Assembly (NCBI GenBank): GCA_963842295.1
Contig: CAWJFY010000005.1
Location: forward strand, 192,725-256,724
Source of the DNA: an uncultured Actinomycetota bacterium
Lineage (GTDB): Bacteria > Actinomycetota > UBA4738 > HRBIN12
DNA: 64,000 nucleotides
Direction: 5' to 3'
In this document: in pieces, positions 38,621-47,225 of the stretch
Numbering within the stretch: position 1 is the stretch's first letter
Layout: each line of letters opens with the position of its first letter
The notes under the pieces: model-generated
What the model saw: only the letters and a program-made list of their open reading frames with translations
Databases searched by the model: none
Told to the model about the DNA's origin: nothing
Translations under genes and position numbers: made by a program

Positions 38621-39268
38621 TCAGGCGCCGGCCGGTTCCAAGGCGAATCCGATCAGCTTCGACGAGACCTCGCGGCTCACACGAAGCATGTCCTCGGGGG
38701 TGACGTCGCTGTGGTCCATCAGGACCTGGATGGCGAGACCGTCGATCAGGGCGCCGACCTGGATCCCGAGCTCGTCCGCGTCCAGCCCCTCGGGGAACTC
38801 TCCCGTCGACCTGCCGTGACGCACGATGTCGGAGATCGATCGCCTCCAGCGTCGGTTCAGGACCTCGTGCTCCTTCGCCATCTCGGGGTCGCGAAGCGCG
38901 CGCACCCAGATCTCCACCCATAGGGCCCACTCGTCCAAGAACGGGAACTCGGGGAGCAGGCCCGGGATCGAGAGCTCGATCAGCCTGTCGAGCTGCGCGC
39001 GGGCCGACGGATTCTTGCGGAGCTCGCGCGACAGCCGTAGGTAGAACTGGTCGTTCGCATAGGTGAGGGCTTCGACCAGCAACCGGTCCTTGGACTCGAA
39101 GTAGTAGAGGATCAGCCCGGTCGAAACGCCGCACGACTCCGCGATGTCCTGGATCCTCGTGTCGGCGAGGCCGCGATCGGTGATCACCTGGGCGGCGGCG
39201 GCAAGGATCTCTTGACGGCGATCCCCTTTCGGAGCCGTCTTGGTCGCCTTCGTTCGTGTCTTGGGCAT
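38621..39268 (-). CDS. TetR-family transcriptional regulator
   Basis: HTH motif RIQDIAESCGVSTGLILYYFESKDRLL. It runs divergent from the CrtI-like gene. Confidence 0.8.
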   Translation of the reverse strand: MPKTRTKATKTAPKGDRRQEILAAAAQVITDRGLADTRIQDIAESCGVSTGLILYYFESKDRLLVEALTYANDQFYLRLSRELRKNPSARAQLDRLIELSIPGLLPEFPFLDEWALWVEIWVRALRDPEMAKEHEVLNRRWRRSISDIVRHGRSTGEFPEGLDADELGIQVGALIDGLAIQVLMDHSDVTPEDMLRVSREVSSKLIGFALEPAGA

Positions 39269-39275
39269 CTCACTC

Positions 39276-39402
39276 CTGAACGGCGTACAGAGAAACGAGA
39301 GGGACAGGCGCCCTGATGAGGCGGGCGTCCATGGAAAGGTACCCCGTTGAGCAGCCGAAATCAAAGGAGGGCCCCCAGCGTCGCGTTTGACTCGCCGTTC
39401 AG
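39276..39402. promoter_or_regulatory. 10-bp perfect inverted repeat arms in the tetR/CrtI-like divergent region, 107 bp apart
   Basis: CTGAACGGCG lies at 39276-39285 and CGCCGTTCAG at 39393-39402. The second arm sits between a TTGACT at 39386-39391 and the CrtI-like start. Confidence 0.25.
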
Positions 39403-39445
39403 ATTCGAGGCATCATTCAGCATCGACGAAAGGATCCGAAGAGAC

Positions 39446-41068
39446 ATGGCCACGAACACCTACGACGCGATCGTCATCGGCGGGGGCCATAACGGACTCA
39501 CGGCCGGCGCCTACTTCGCGCGACACGGGGCGCGCACGGTCGTCCTCGAGGCGAGGCACAAGACCGGCGGCGCCGCCGACACGAGCGCGCCGTTCGCCGA
39601 TCACCCCGACATCAACGTCACCACCTACTCCTACGTGATGTCGCTGATGCCACCGACGATCATCGACGAGCTCCAGCTGAAACGGCACGGCTACGACGTC
39701 ACGCCGTTCGGCCCGTACTTCCAGGCCTACCCGGACGGCCGCGCGATCACCGTCTACGCCGACGAGGCCGACCGCTCGTACGACTCGATCGCTCAGTTCT
39801 CGAAGAAGGATGCAGATGCTCTCCCCGAGTGGGAGGCGTGGCTGAAGAGCGTCGCCGACATCCTGGGACCACTGCTGCTGCAGAGCCCGCCGCGGGCGGG
39901 GTCGCTCGCGATCGGCGACCTGCTGGAGACGGCCCGAACCGCGTGGAAGGTCCGCAAGCTCGGTGTCCGTGGTGTCGCGGACGTGACGCGACTGTTCACG
40001 ATGAGCATCACCGACCTGCTGGACGACTGGTTCGAGTCCGACGAGATGAAGGGGATGCTCGCGGTCAACGGGATCATCGGCACATGGGCGGGTCCCGACG
40101 AGCCCGGGACCGCGTACGTGATGCTGCATCACTCGATCGGCGACGTCGGCGACGGGCACCTGGGGTCGTGGGGCTACCAGCAGGGCGGGATGGGGGCGGT
40201 CTCCGATTCGATCAGGCGATCCGCGGAAGCCTTCGGCGCCGAGGTCCGGACGAACGCGCGCGTGAACAAGGTCCTGACGTCCGGCGGGCGCTTCCGGGGT
40301 GTCGTCCTGGACGACGGAACAGAGCTCCACGCCCCGATCGGCGTGACGTGCGTGCATCCCAAGATCGGGTTCCTCGACCTGATCCCGGCCGCGGAGCTGC
40401 CGGCGGACTTCGTCAAGGACATCGAGCGCTGGAAGACGCGCTCCGGCGTCGTGAAGATCAACGTCGCGATGTCGGAGCTCCCGGACTTCACCGCGATGCC
40501 CGGAAAGAACATGCAGGAGCACCACACCGGCTCGGTGGAGCTGTGCTTCACACCGCAGTACGCCGAGCGCGCGTTCCAGGACTCGCACATGGACCGAAAG
40601 GCGTCGGTCGCTCCGTTCGTCGACGGAGTGATCCCGACGACGCTCGACAAGAAGCTCGCACCCGAGGGCAAGCACGTGTTCTCGATGTTCTCCCAGTGGG
40701 TGCCGGACGACTGGGTCAACGAGCCGCACCGCGACGAGCTCGACGCCTACGCGAAGCGGATCTTCGACCTCTACGACGAGCTCGCCCCCAACTTCAAGGA
40801 CGCGATCCTGGACTATCAGGTGATCGGCCCCTACGACATGGAACAGGAGCTCGGACTGATCGGCGGGAACATCTTCCACGGCGAGCTCTCGGTGGACCAG
40901 CTGTTCCACATGCGGCCGGCGCCCGGCTACGCGGACTTCCGGACCCCCATCCGAGGCCTGTACCACGGATCGTCGGCGACCCACGCCGGCGGAGGGGTCA
41001 ACGGCATCCCCGGCTGGAAGGCGTACCGTGCGGCCGTGAAGGACAGGGCTCTCAAGAAGCGCTCGTGA
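39446..41068 (+). CDS. phytoene-desaturase-family (CrtI-like) NAD(P)/FAD-dependent oxidoreductase
   Basis: YDAIVIGGGHNGLTAGAYFARHGARTVVLEAR is a dinucleotide-binding motif. The length is about 540 aa. Confidence 0.7.
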   Translation: MATNTYDAIVIGGGHNGLTAGAYFARHGARTVVLEARHKTGGAADTSAPFADHPDINVTTYSYVMSLMPPTIIDELQLKRHGYDVTPFGPYFQAYPDGRAITVYADEADRSYDSIAQFSKKDADALPEWEAWLKSVADILGPLLLQSPPRAGSLAIGDLLETARTAWKVRKLGVRGVADVTRLFTMSITDLLDDWFESDEMKGMLAVNGIIGTWAGPDEPGTAYVMLHHSIGDVGDGHLGSWGYQQGGMGAVSDSIRRSAEAFGAEVRTNARVNKVLTSGGRFRGVVLDDGTELHAPIGVTCVHPKIGFLDLIPAAELPADFVKDIERWKTRSGVVKINVAMSELPDFTAMPGKNMQEHHTGSVELCFTPQYAERAFQDSHMDRKASVAPFVDGVIPTTLDKKLAPEGKHVFSMFSQWVPDDWVNEPHRDELDAYAKRIFDLYDELAPNFKDAILDYQVIGPYDMEQELGLIGGNIFHGELSVDQLFHMRPAPGYADFRTPIRGLYHGSSATHAGGGVNGIPGWKAYRAAVKDRALKKRS

Positions 41069-43173
41069 GCTCCACGGGTCGTGCCGAGCGGTCGCCGCTC
41101 GAGCGGATGCTGGCGGCGCGCTCGGTCGCGGTGGTCGGCGCGTCCGTCAAGGAGGGCTCGGTCGGGCGTCAGATGATGCTCGAGCTCGAACGCGGCGGCT
41201 ACGAAGGCGACGTCTATCCGGTGAACCCGGGATACGAGGAGGTGCTCGGCCACCGTTGCTACGGGTCGCTGGGCGAGGTTCCCGAGCCCGTCGATCTGGC
41301 GATCCTCGGCATCGCCAATCAGCGGGTCGAGCAGGCGATGCGGGACGCGGCGTCGGCCGGCGCCGGCAGCGTCGTGACGTTCTCGTCGCTGTTCGAGGAG
41401 GAGCCGCCGGAGGCCGGGATGCCGACGCTCGCCGAGCGGGTCGCGGCCATCGCTCGGGACAACGGGATGGCGCTCTGCGGCGGCAACGGGATGGGGTTCG
41501 TCAACACCGAAGCTCGACTCCGCGCGACCGGTTTCCCGACCCCCGACGAGATGCCGCCGGGTCCGGTGACGTTCCTCTCGCACTCGGGCTCGGCGTTCGC
41601 AGCCTTCGCGTTCAACGATCGAGGGATCGCCTTCAACCTGATCGTGTCGAGCGGCCACGAGATCGTCACGACGATGGACGAGTACCTGTCCTTCGCGCTC
41701 GACCTCGAGAGCACGAAGGTGATCGCATTGGTCCTCGAGACCGTGCGCCGCCCGGAGGGGTTCCTGGCCGCGCTCGCGAAGGCCAACGAGCGGGACGTGC
41801 CGGTGCTCGCGCTCAAGGTCGGTCGGACGGAGGGGTCGAAGGAGATGGTCGTGGCGCACTCCGGCGCGCTCGCGGGCGAGCACGGGGCGTACGAAGCGGT
41901 GTTCGGCGCCTACGGCGTGCACGAGTGCCGGGACCTCGAGGAGCTCGCCGACACGATCGAGCTGTTCTCGAACCCTCGTCGCGTGGTGGGCGGAGGCGGC
42001 ATCGCTTCGCTGCACGACTCCGGCGGCGAGCGCGCCCTGTTCGTGGACCTCGCGTCGGATCTGGGCGTCCCGCTCGCGAGGATCTCGGAGGCGACGAGGG
42101 AGCGGATCGACGCGGTGCTCGACCCGGGTCTCGTCGCCGAGAACCCGCTGGATGCCTGGGGGACCGGGATCGACGCCGATCGGATCTACAGGGAGAGCTT
42201 CCTGGCGCTGCACGACGATCCGGAGACCGCCGCGGTCGCCTTCGTCGTGGACCTCACTCGGCAGGGTGAGCCGTACGACGAGGGGTACCTCCGGGTCGCG
42301 ACGGACGTCTACGAGGCCACGACGAAGCCGTTCTGCGTGGTGTCGAACCTGCCCGCCGCGATCGCGCGCGACGAGGTCGGCTGGTTCCGGCGTGCGGGCA
42401 TCCCGGTGCTCGAGGGAACCCTTTCCGGATTGCGCGCACTCACGCACCTGCTCGATCACACGAAACACGACGACCGGCGATCGAGGATCCCATCCGATCC
42501 GGTTCCCGCCGCGACGACGGCCCGTTGGCGCGAACGGCTGGCCGGCGCCGAAGCCCTCTCGGAACTGGAGGCACTCGAGCTCCTCGCCGACTATGGCGTG
42601 CCGACCGTGACGGCGAAGGCGGCGGCGACCGCCGAGGAGGCGGTCGCCGCCGCCGCCACGATCGGGTACCCGGTCGCGCTGAAGACAGCCGTCCCCGGCG
42701 TGCTCCACAAGACGGAGAGCGATGGCGTCCGGCTCGGACTCGTCGATGCCGATGCCGTTCGCGACGCCTACGAGGACGTCGCCGGCCGGCTCGGCCCGGC
42801 GACGATCGTCGCGGCGATGGCGCCACCGGGCGTCGAGGTCGCGCTCGGCATCGTTCGCGATCCCACGTTCGGTCCGCTCGTGTTGGTGGCGGCGGGCGGC
42901 GTCCTGGTGGAGCTCGTCCACGACCGAAAGCTCGCGCTCCCACCGATCGACGAGGACGCCGCCCGCCGCCTGATCGACGGGCTCGCGATCCGGCCGATCC
43001 TCGACGGCGCGCGCGGCGCGCCAGCCTCCGACGTCGACGCGCTCGCTCGCGCCACCTCGCGGCTCTCGATCCTCGCCGTCGAGCTCGGCGATCGGATCGC
43101 CGAGCTCGACGTCAACCCCGTGATCGTCTCACCGCGAGGATGTGTGGCGGTGGACGTGCTCGTCGTCACCTAG
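41065..43173 (+). CDS. NDP-forming acyl-CoA synthetase (acetate--CoA ligase [ADP-forming] family: CoA-binding, succinyl-CoA-synthetase-like and ATP-grasp domains)
   Basis: It shows the CoA-binding region VAVVGASVKEGSVGRQ, a ligase-CoA domain and a C-terminal ATP-grasp region (EAVAAAATIGYPVALK). The GTG overlaps the CrtI-like stop (GTGA). Confidence 0.7.
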   Translation: MSSTGRAERSPLERMLAARSVAVVGASVKEGSVGRQMMLELERGGYEGDVYPVNPGYEEVLGHRCYGSLGEVPEPVDLAILGIANQRVEQAMRDAASAGAGSVVTFSSLFEEEPPEAGMPTLAERVAAIARDNGMALCGGNGMGFVNTEARLRATGFPTPDEMPPGPVTFLSHSGSAFAAFAFNDRGIAFNLIVSSGHEIVTTMDEYLSFALDLESTKVIALVLETVRRPEGFLAALAKANERDVPVLALKVGRTEGSKEMVVAHSGALAGEHGAYEAVFGAYGVHECRDLEELADTIELFSNPRRVVGGGGIASLHDSGGERALFVDLASDLGVPLARISEATRERIDAVLDPGLVAENPLDAWGTGIDADRIYRESFLALHDDPETAAVAFVVDLTRQGEPYDEGYLRVATDVYEATTKPFCVVSNLPAAIARDEVGWFRRAGIPVLEGTLSGLRALTHLLDHTKHDDRRSRIPSDPVPAATTARWRERLAGAEALSELEALELLADYGVPTVTAKAAATAEEAVAAAATIGYPVALKTAVPGVLHKTESDGVRLGLVDADAVRDAYEDVAGRLGPATIVAAMAPPGVEVALGIVRDPTFGPLVLVAAGGVLVELVHDRKLALPPIDEDAARRLIDGLAIRPILDGARGAPASDVDALARATSRLSILAVELGDRIAELDVNPVIVSPRGCVAVDVLVVT

Positions 43174-43180
43174 CGCGCGT

Positions 43181-43200
43181 GTCGCGCATCCTTGCGCGAC
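43181..43200 (+). terminator. GC hairpin 8 nt after the synthetase stop
   Basis: GTCGCGCA, loop TCCT, TGCGCGAC: a perfect 8-bp stem. Confidence 0.35.
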
Positions 43201-43305
43201 TTCGGTCACGTATACAACTCTGTAGCAGTGGGTACGACGTCGACGTGATCCGCCGGACCGTCCGGAACGAACCGGAGCGAGACGGCGATCACGGAGGTGA
43301 GGGCG

Positions 43306-43452
43306 ATGAAGCGGATCCGTATCGAGAAGCCGAAGCCTCGCCGCTCGATGGAGCTCGAACTGCCCCTCCGCCTCGATCCTCGTGACCCGGACATCGTTCG
43401 CGTGAAGCGGGGAGCGATCTGGCGATTCGCCGACCGCCGCTGGGCGACCTAG
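43306..43452 (+). CDS. small basic protein (48 aa) not listed in the ORF track
   Basis: It translates as MKRIRIEKPKPRRSMELELPLRLDPRDPDIVRVKRGAIWRFADRRWAT. GGAGGTGA lies 5 nt upstream of the ATG, and third-position GC is about 80%, as in neighbouring genes. Confidence 0.3.
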   Translation: MKRIRIEKPKPRRSMELELPLRLDPRDPDIVRVKRGAIWRFADRRWAT

Positions 43453-43456
43453 ACCC

Positions 43457-44863
43457 CTACAGCGCGTCCTCGACCGGGATCGTCCCGGGCTCCCAGCCCG
43501 TGTAGGTGTCACGAGGGAATTCCCAAGGTGTCGAGAAGGTCGGAGCTTTCTCTCGTGCGATCTTCGGAGCCCGCGGTTTCCCCGCGAAGTCGAAGACGTG
43601 CTCGAAGTTGTGCGTGTTCTTGATCCGATCGGTGAGCGGTTCGAGCCCCCAATTGTCGGAGATGAAACGCAACGGTGTGGAGAACTCGCCGCGCTCGTCG
43701 TCGATGACGCCGCGACGGGTGTACGGCGAGATGGTGAGGAGCGGAACACGGATCCCGAGCCCGACGTGGTCGACCGTCGGGGGGACGATCGGATCGTAGA
43801 AGCCGCCCCACTCGTCCCAGGTGAGGAAGATCGCGGTGTGCTCCCACATGTCGGAGCGCATGACCTTGTTCACGATCTCCGTCACCCAATTGTGGGCGTG
43901 GCCGGTGGAGAAGGGAGGGTGGTCCGAGAGCTGGAACCGGGGCGTGACCCAGGTCACCGCCGGAAGGGCGTTCGCGTCGATGTCGTCGAGCAGCCGATCC
44001 ACGGACCGCGCATGCTGGTGCCAGAGGTCGGTGTGGAACACGTTGCTGATCCCGTTGTAGGCGTTCCAGAAGTACCCGGGCTGCCCCGGCACGGCGGAGT
44101 AGTAGGCCCAATCGACGCCCGCGTCGGTGAGCTGCTCGCCGACCGTGGGGAACTCGAAGCACGTGCTGTGCTTCGTGAGGTTCCCAGCGGCGTCCTTGAC
44201 GAAGACGAAGACGTCGTCCCCCATCGCGTCGCAGCCCCAGCTCTTGAAGCGCCTGCCGTCTTCCTGTTTGCGGCTCCGGATGTTCTCAGGATTGTCCGCG
44301 ACCCCTCCGGAGCTGCCCGCGATGAAGAAGAAGTGGTTCGGATAGCTCGGACCCGCCGCCGACGAGAAGAAGTTCTCCGACAAGGCGTAGTCGCGCGCCC
44401 ACTGCCAGTAGTTGGGGATCTGATCCTCGTCGAGGATCGTGTACGCGTACGTCGAGCCGTAGACCCCGGTGCCGAACCCGTCCATCGCGTCCCCGTTCAC
44501 CGAGAGACGGTGCGCGGCGAGATCATGCGGAAGGTCGCCCGGCAACCACTCCGGGCACCGGATCAGCTTCTTCTCGACGCCGTTCTCGACACCCACCGTC
44601 GTCCCGCGGACTCCCGGGAACTTCCCGAACACGTTGTTGAAGCTCCGGTTCTCGAGCATCACGTAGATGACGCGTTTGATCGGCCACTGCGTTTGGACGG
44701 CGGGGATCGTGTCGCTCACCTTCGGCGTCTTCCTCCCGCCGGTGCAGGCGAAGAGAACCCCACCGGCGACCGCCATCGCGCTCGTCCGGAGGAACCGCCG
44801 CCGGCTGACCGGCAGCGGGTGTCGTTCATCGCGATCGATCGCGGGAGAGGGCCAGGTGTCCAT
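43457..44863 (-). CDS. phosphoesterase-family protein (non-haemolytic phospholipase C/acid phosphatase-like) with a Tat signal
   Basis: SRRRFLRTSAMAVAGG is a twin-arginine motif. The phosphoesterase-family region IYVMLENRSFNN follows. Confidence 0.75.
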   Translation of the reverse strand: MDTWPSPAIDRDERHPLPVSRRRFLRTSAMAVAGGVLFACTGGRKTPKVSDTIPAVQTQWPIKRVIYVMLENRSFNNVFGKFPGVRGTTVGVENGVEKKLIRCPEWLPGDLPHDLAAHRLSVNGDAMDGFGTGVYGSTYAYTILDEDQIPNYWQWARDYALSENFFSSAAGPSYPNHFFFIAGSSGGVADNPENIRSRKQEDGRRFKSWGCDAMGDDVFVFVKDAAGNLTKHSTCFEFPTVGEQLTDAGVDWAYYSAVPGQPGYFWNAYNGISNVFHTDLWHQHARSVDRLLDDIDANALPAVTWVTPRFQLSDHPPFSTGHAHNWVTEIVNKVMRSDMWEHTAIFLTWDEWGGFYDPIVPPTVDHVGLGIRVPLLTISPYTRRGVIDDERGEFSTPLRFISDNWGLEPLTDRIKNTHNFEHVFDFAGKPRAPKIAREKAPTFSTPWEFPRDTYTGWEPGTIPVEDAL

Positions 44864-44905
44864 GCCCTCCCTTTGTATCAAGCCCGCTATCCTCGTCGGC
44901 TTCGG

Positions 44906-45574
44906 ATGGGTCATCTCACGAAGAAACGCATGATCGTTGCCGCGCTCCTACTCCTCGCCGCTTGCGACGGCGGACGAGGGGAGCGATTCCCCACACCCCA
45001 ACTCTCCCCGTCGCCCTCTCCGTTCCCCTCGACTCCCACGCTCGCCAGCCCGACGCCGCCGGCACTGCCGCAGCCACCTCCTCCCACCAGCGGCGATCCG
45101 TCCGCGACCTGCGTCGACGGATGGAAGACGCCTTCCCCCGGTTCGCCGTTGACGGCGAAGCCGCTGCAGGTCCTTCGGCGGACCATTCGCCTGCCCGGGG
45201 AGCCGGTGATCGTCGAGATGCGGTACTTCACGGGCCCCGAGTCCCCACCCTCGGAGAAGGGCTACATCCTCACGATCGAGCGGTGGTACGTGAAGCTCTT
45301 CACCGAGGGCGACCTCCGGTTCCAGGGTCGATTCCTGATCGAGTCACGGGAGTACGGAGACGGTGTGGCCGCCGTGGCTCCGTATGACACCGCGGGCTTC
45401 CGCTCGCCCGATTGGAGCGGGTTCCAGTGGAACGAGGCCGACCCCGAGCCTCGCGCGTACCCGGGCCTGCCCGGCGAGTGGTCGGGGATCCGCTACGACT
45501 TCGTGAGGGGCGGTGCCGGACTCGACCTCCCAGGCTTGCCCGCCGAAGTGCGCGGGTGTTTGGATGGCGCCTGA
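44906..45574 (+). CDS. hypothetical lipoprotein with a Pro/Ser-rich linker
   Basis: Lipobox LLLAAC, then SPSPSPFPSTPTLASPTPPALPQPPPP, then a globular domain. The N-terminal 440 aa of ORF 43598..45574 are antisense to the phospholipase gene, and I treat them as an artifact. Confidence 0.5.
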   Translation: MGHLTKKRMIVAALLLLAACDGGRGERFPTPQLSPSPSPFPSTPTLASPTPPALPQPPPPTSGDPSATCVDGWKTPSPGSPLTAKPLQVLRRTIRLPGEPVIVEMRYFTGPESPPSEKGYILTIERWYVKLFTEGDLRFQGRFLIESREYGDGVAAVAPYDTAGFRSPDWSGFQWNEADPEPRAYPGLPGEWSGIRYDFVRGGAGLDLPGLPAEVRGCLDGA

Positions 45575-45966
45575 TGGCGGGCTTGGGGAGATCGGGGAGG
45601 TCCGACCCGATCGCGCTCGTCTCGGTCGTGACCGGGCTGGCGGCCGCGCTCGCAAGCGCGGTCCTGTGGATCTACCGGTTCGCGCCGGAGAGCCGGATCC
45701 TCGGCAGGTATTCGGCGGACGTGGCGGGTGGCGGCCAGCTCGCCGATCAGCTCGCGGTTCTCGCGGCGGTCCTCGGACTGATGGCGATCCTCGCCTCGAT
45801 CATGACATCGACCAAAGGCGAGGGTGGTGGCGGCTCCTTCATCGGGCTGGTCCTCGGGATCGTGGGGCTGTCCTACCCGCTACTGACCTGGTTGAACATC
45901 GTGTCGGGGCCGCTGCGCCCGAGCCTTCCTGGACTGATTCAGGGCTCCGACGGCCAGCCGGTGTAG
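45574..45966 (+). CDS. small hypothetical membrane protein (130 aa, three TM segments)
   Basis: Its ATG overlaps the lipoprotein stop (TGATG). Confidence 0.4.
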   Translation: MAGLGRSGRSDPIALVSVVTGLAAALASAVLWIYRFAPESRILGRYSADVAGGGQLADQLAVLAAVLGLMAILASIMTSTKGEGGGGSFIGLVLGIVGLSYPLLTWLNIVSGPLRPSLPGLIQGSDGQPV

Positions 45967-47120
45967 AGATCGGCTCCTCGCTTCCGCAGCTCGTTGCCGA
46001 TCACGATCCGCTGGATCTCCGAGGTGCCCTCCCAGATCCGGTCGACCCGCAGCTCTCGCCACAACCGCTCCACCGGCTGCTCCCGCATGTAGCCGCGTCC
46101 GCCGTGGATCTGGACGGCCTTGTCCACGATCCGGCCCGCGGTTTCGCTGCAGACGAGCTTGACCGCGCCGGCCATCGCGTTGAGCTCCTTGCGTCCGGCG
46201 CCACCACGCGCGGCCTCCCAACAGACCCGGTACAGCATCGACTTCGCCGCCATGACCTCGGCGGCCATGTCGGCGAGCATGAACTCGACCGCCTGGAATC
46301 CGACGATCGGCTGACCGAACTGGCGCCGCCCCTTCGCGAAGTCGAGCGAGAGCTCGAGCGCACGCGTGGCGGCGCCGACGGTTCGCGCGCCGATCATCAG
46401 CCGTTCCTCCACGAACCAGTCTTTCGTCAGCTCGAAGCCCTGTCCGATCTCTCCGAGGATCCTGTCGTCGCCTAATCGGACGTCCTCGAACGCGAAGATC
46501 GGGTGCTCGAAGACGAACGTGTGCATATAGGCGGGCGTGCGAACCAGACGCACGCCGGGCATGTCCTTGTCCACGAGGAAGATCGTCGCTTTCGACGGAT
46601 CGCCGTCGACGTGCGTGTGGAGCAGGAAGAAGTCGGCGACGTCGCCGGAGGTGACGTGCCACTTCTCGCCGGTGATCGTCCACGTGTCATCGATGCGTTT
46701 CGCCGTCGTCTCGACCATCGTGGGATCGGAACCCGCGTTCTCCTCGGTGATCGCGTAGGCGTCACGACGCTCGCCGCGGCAAGCAGGGCGGAGGAACCGG
46801 TCCTTCTGCTCCTCCGTGCCGGCTCTCAGCGGGATCGCCGGCCGCCACGGGATGTCCCAGAGGGCTCCGGTGGCGCGGCCCCATTGCTCCTCGATCAGCA
46901 TCTGTGCGAACAGGTCGTGGCCGCGACCGCCATCCTCCTCCGCGTGGTTGATCGCGTGGAAGTCCCAGTCGAGGACGGCCTGTTTCGCGCTGGCGGCGCT
47001 CACCGGCGTCAGGCCGTCGGTGGTCTCGCACTCGTCCTCCAGGGGTACGAGCACTTGGTCGGTGAACTCGCGCGCCTTCTGCTGCAGCTCTCTGTCGGTC
47101 TTGGAGAGTCGGATATCCAT
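45939..47120 (-). CDS. acyl-CoA dehydrogenase family protein
   Basis: 393 aa. It has the ACAD C-terminal motif RIWEGTSEIQRIVIG and the upstream QIHGGRGY. Confidence 0.8.
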   Translation of the reverse strand: MDIRLSKTDRELQQKAREFTDQVLVPLEDECETTDGLTPVSAASAKQAVLDWDFHAINHAEEDGGRGHDLFAQMLIEEQWGRATGALWDIPWRPAIPLRAGTEEQKDRFLRPACRGERRDAYAITEENAGSDPTMVETTAKRIDDTWTITGEKWHVTSGDVADFFLLHTHVDGDPSKATIFLVDKDMPGVRLVRTPAYMHTFVFEHPIFAFEDVRLGDDRILGEIGQGFELTKDWFVEERLMIGARTVGAATRALELSLDFAKGRRQFGQPIVGFQAVEFMLADMAAEVMAAKSMLYRVCWEAARGGAGRKELNAMAGAVKLVCSETAGRIVDKAVQIHGGRGYMREQPVERLWRELRVDRIWEGTSEIQRIVIGNELRKRGADLYTGWPSEP

Positions 47121-47148
47121 CGCTTCTTTCTTTCCCCGCCGCTCTACT

Positions 47149-47176
47149 TCCCGCGCGGGACTCTTTCCCGCGCCGG
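47149..47176. promoter_or_regulatory. 12-bp perfect palindrome plus a half-site repeat in the ACAD/amidase divergent region
   Basis: TCCCGCGCGGGA lies at 47149-47160. TTCCCGCGCCGG lies at 47165-47176. Confidence 0.25.
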
Positions 47177-47225
47177 TATCCCGAGTCGCGAGTGTAGGGG
47201 CGCTCTCTCCGCTACGCTCCGCCGC

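Noticed and set aside
39829-43173. 1114-aa ORF read as one giant gene
   Set aside because: Only the last 702 aa (from the GTG at 41065) encode the acyl-CoA synthetase. The first part runs in a different frame from the CrtI-like gene and is junk.
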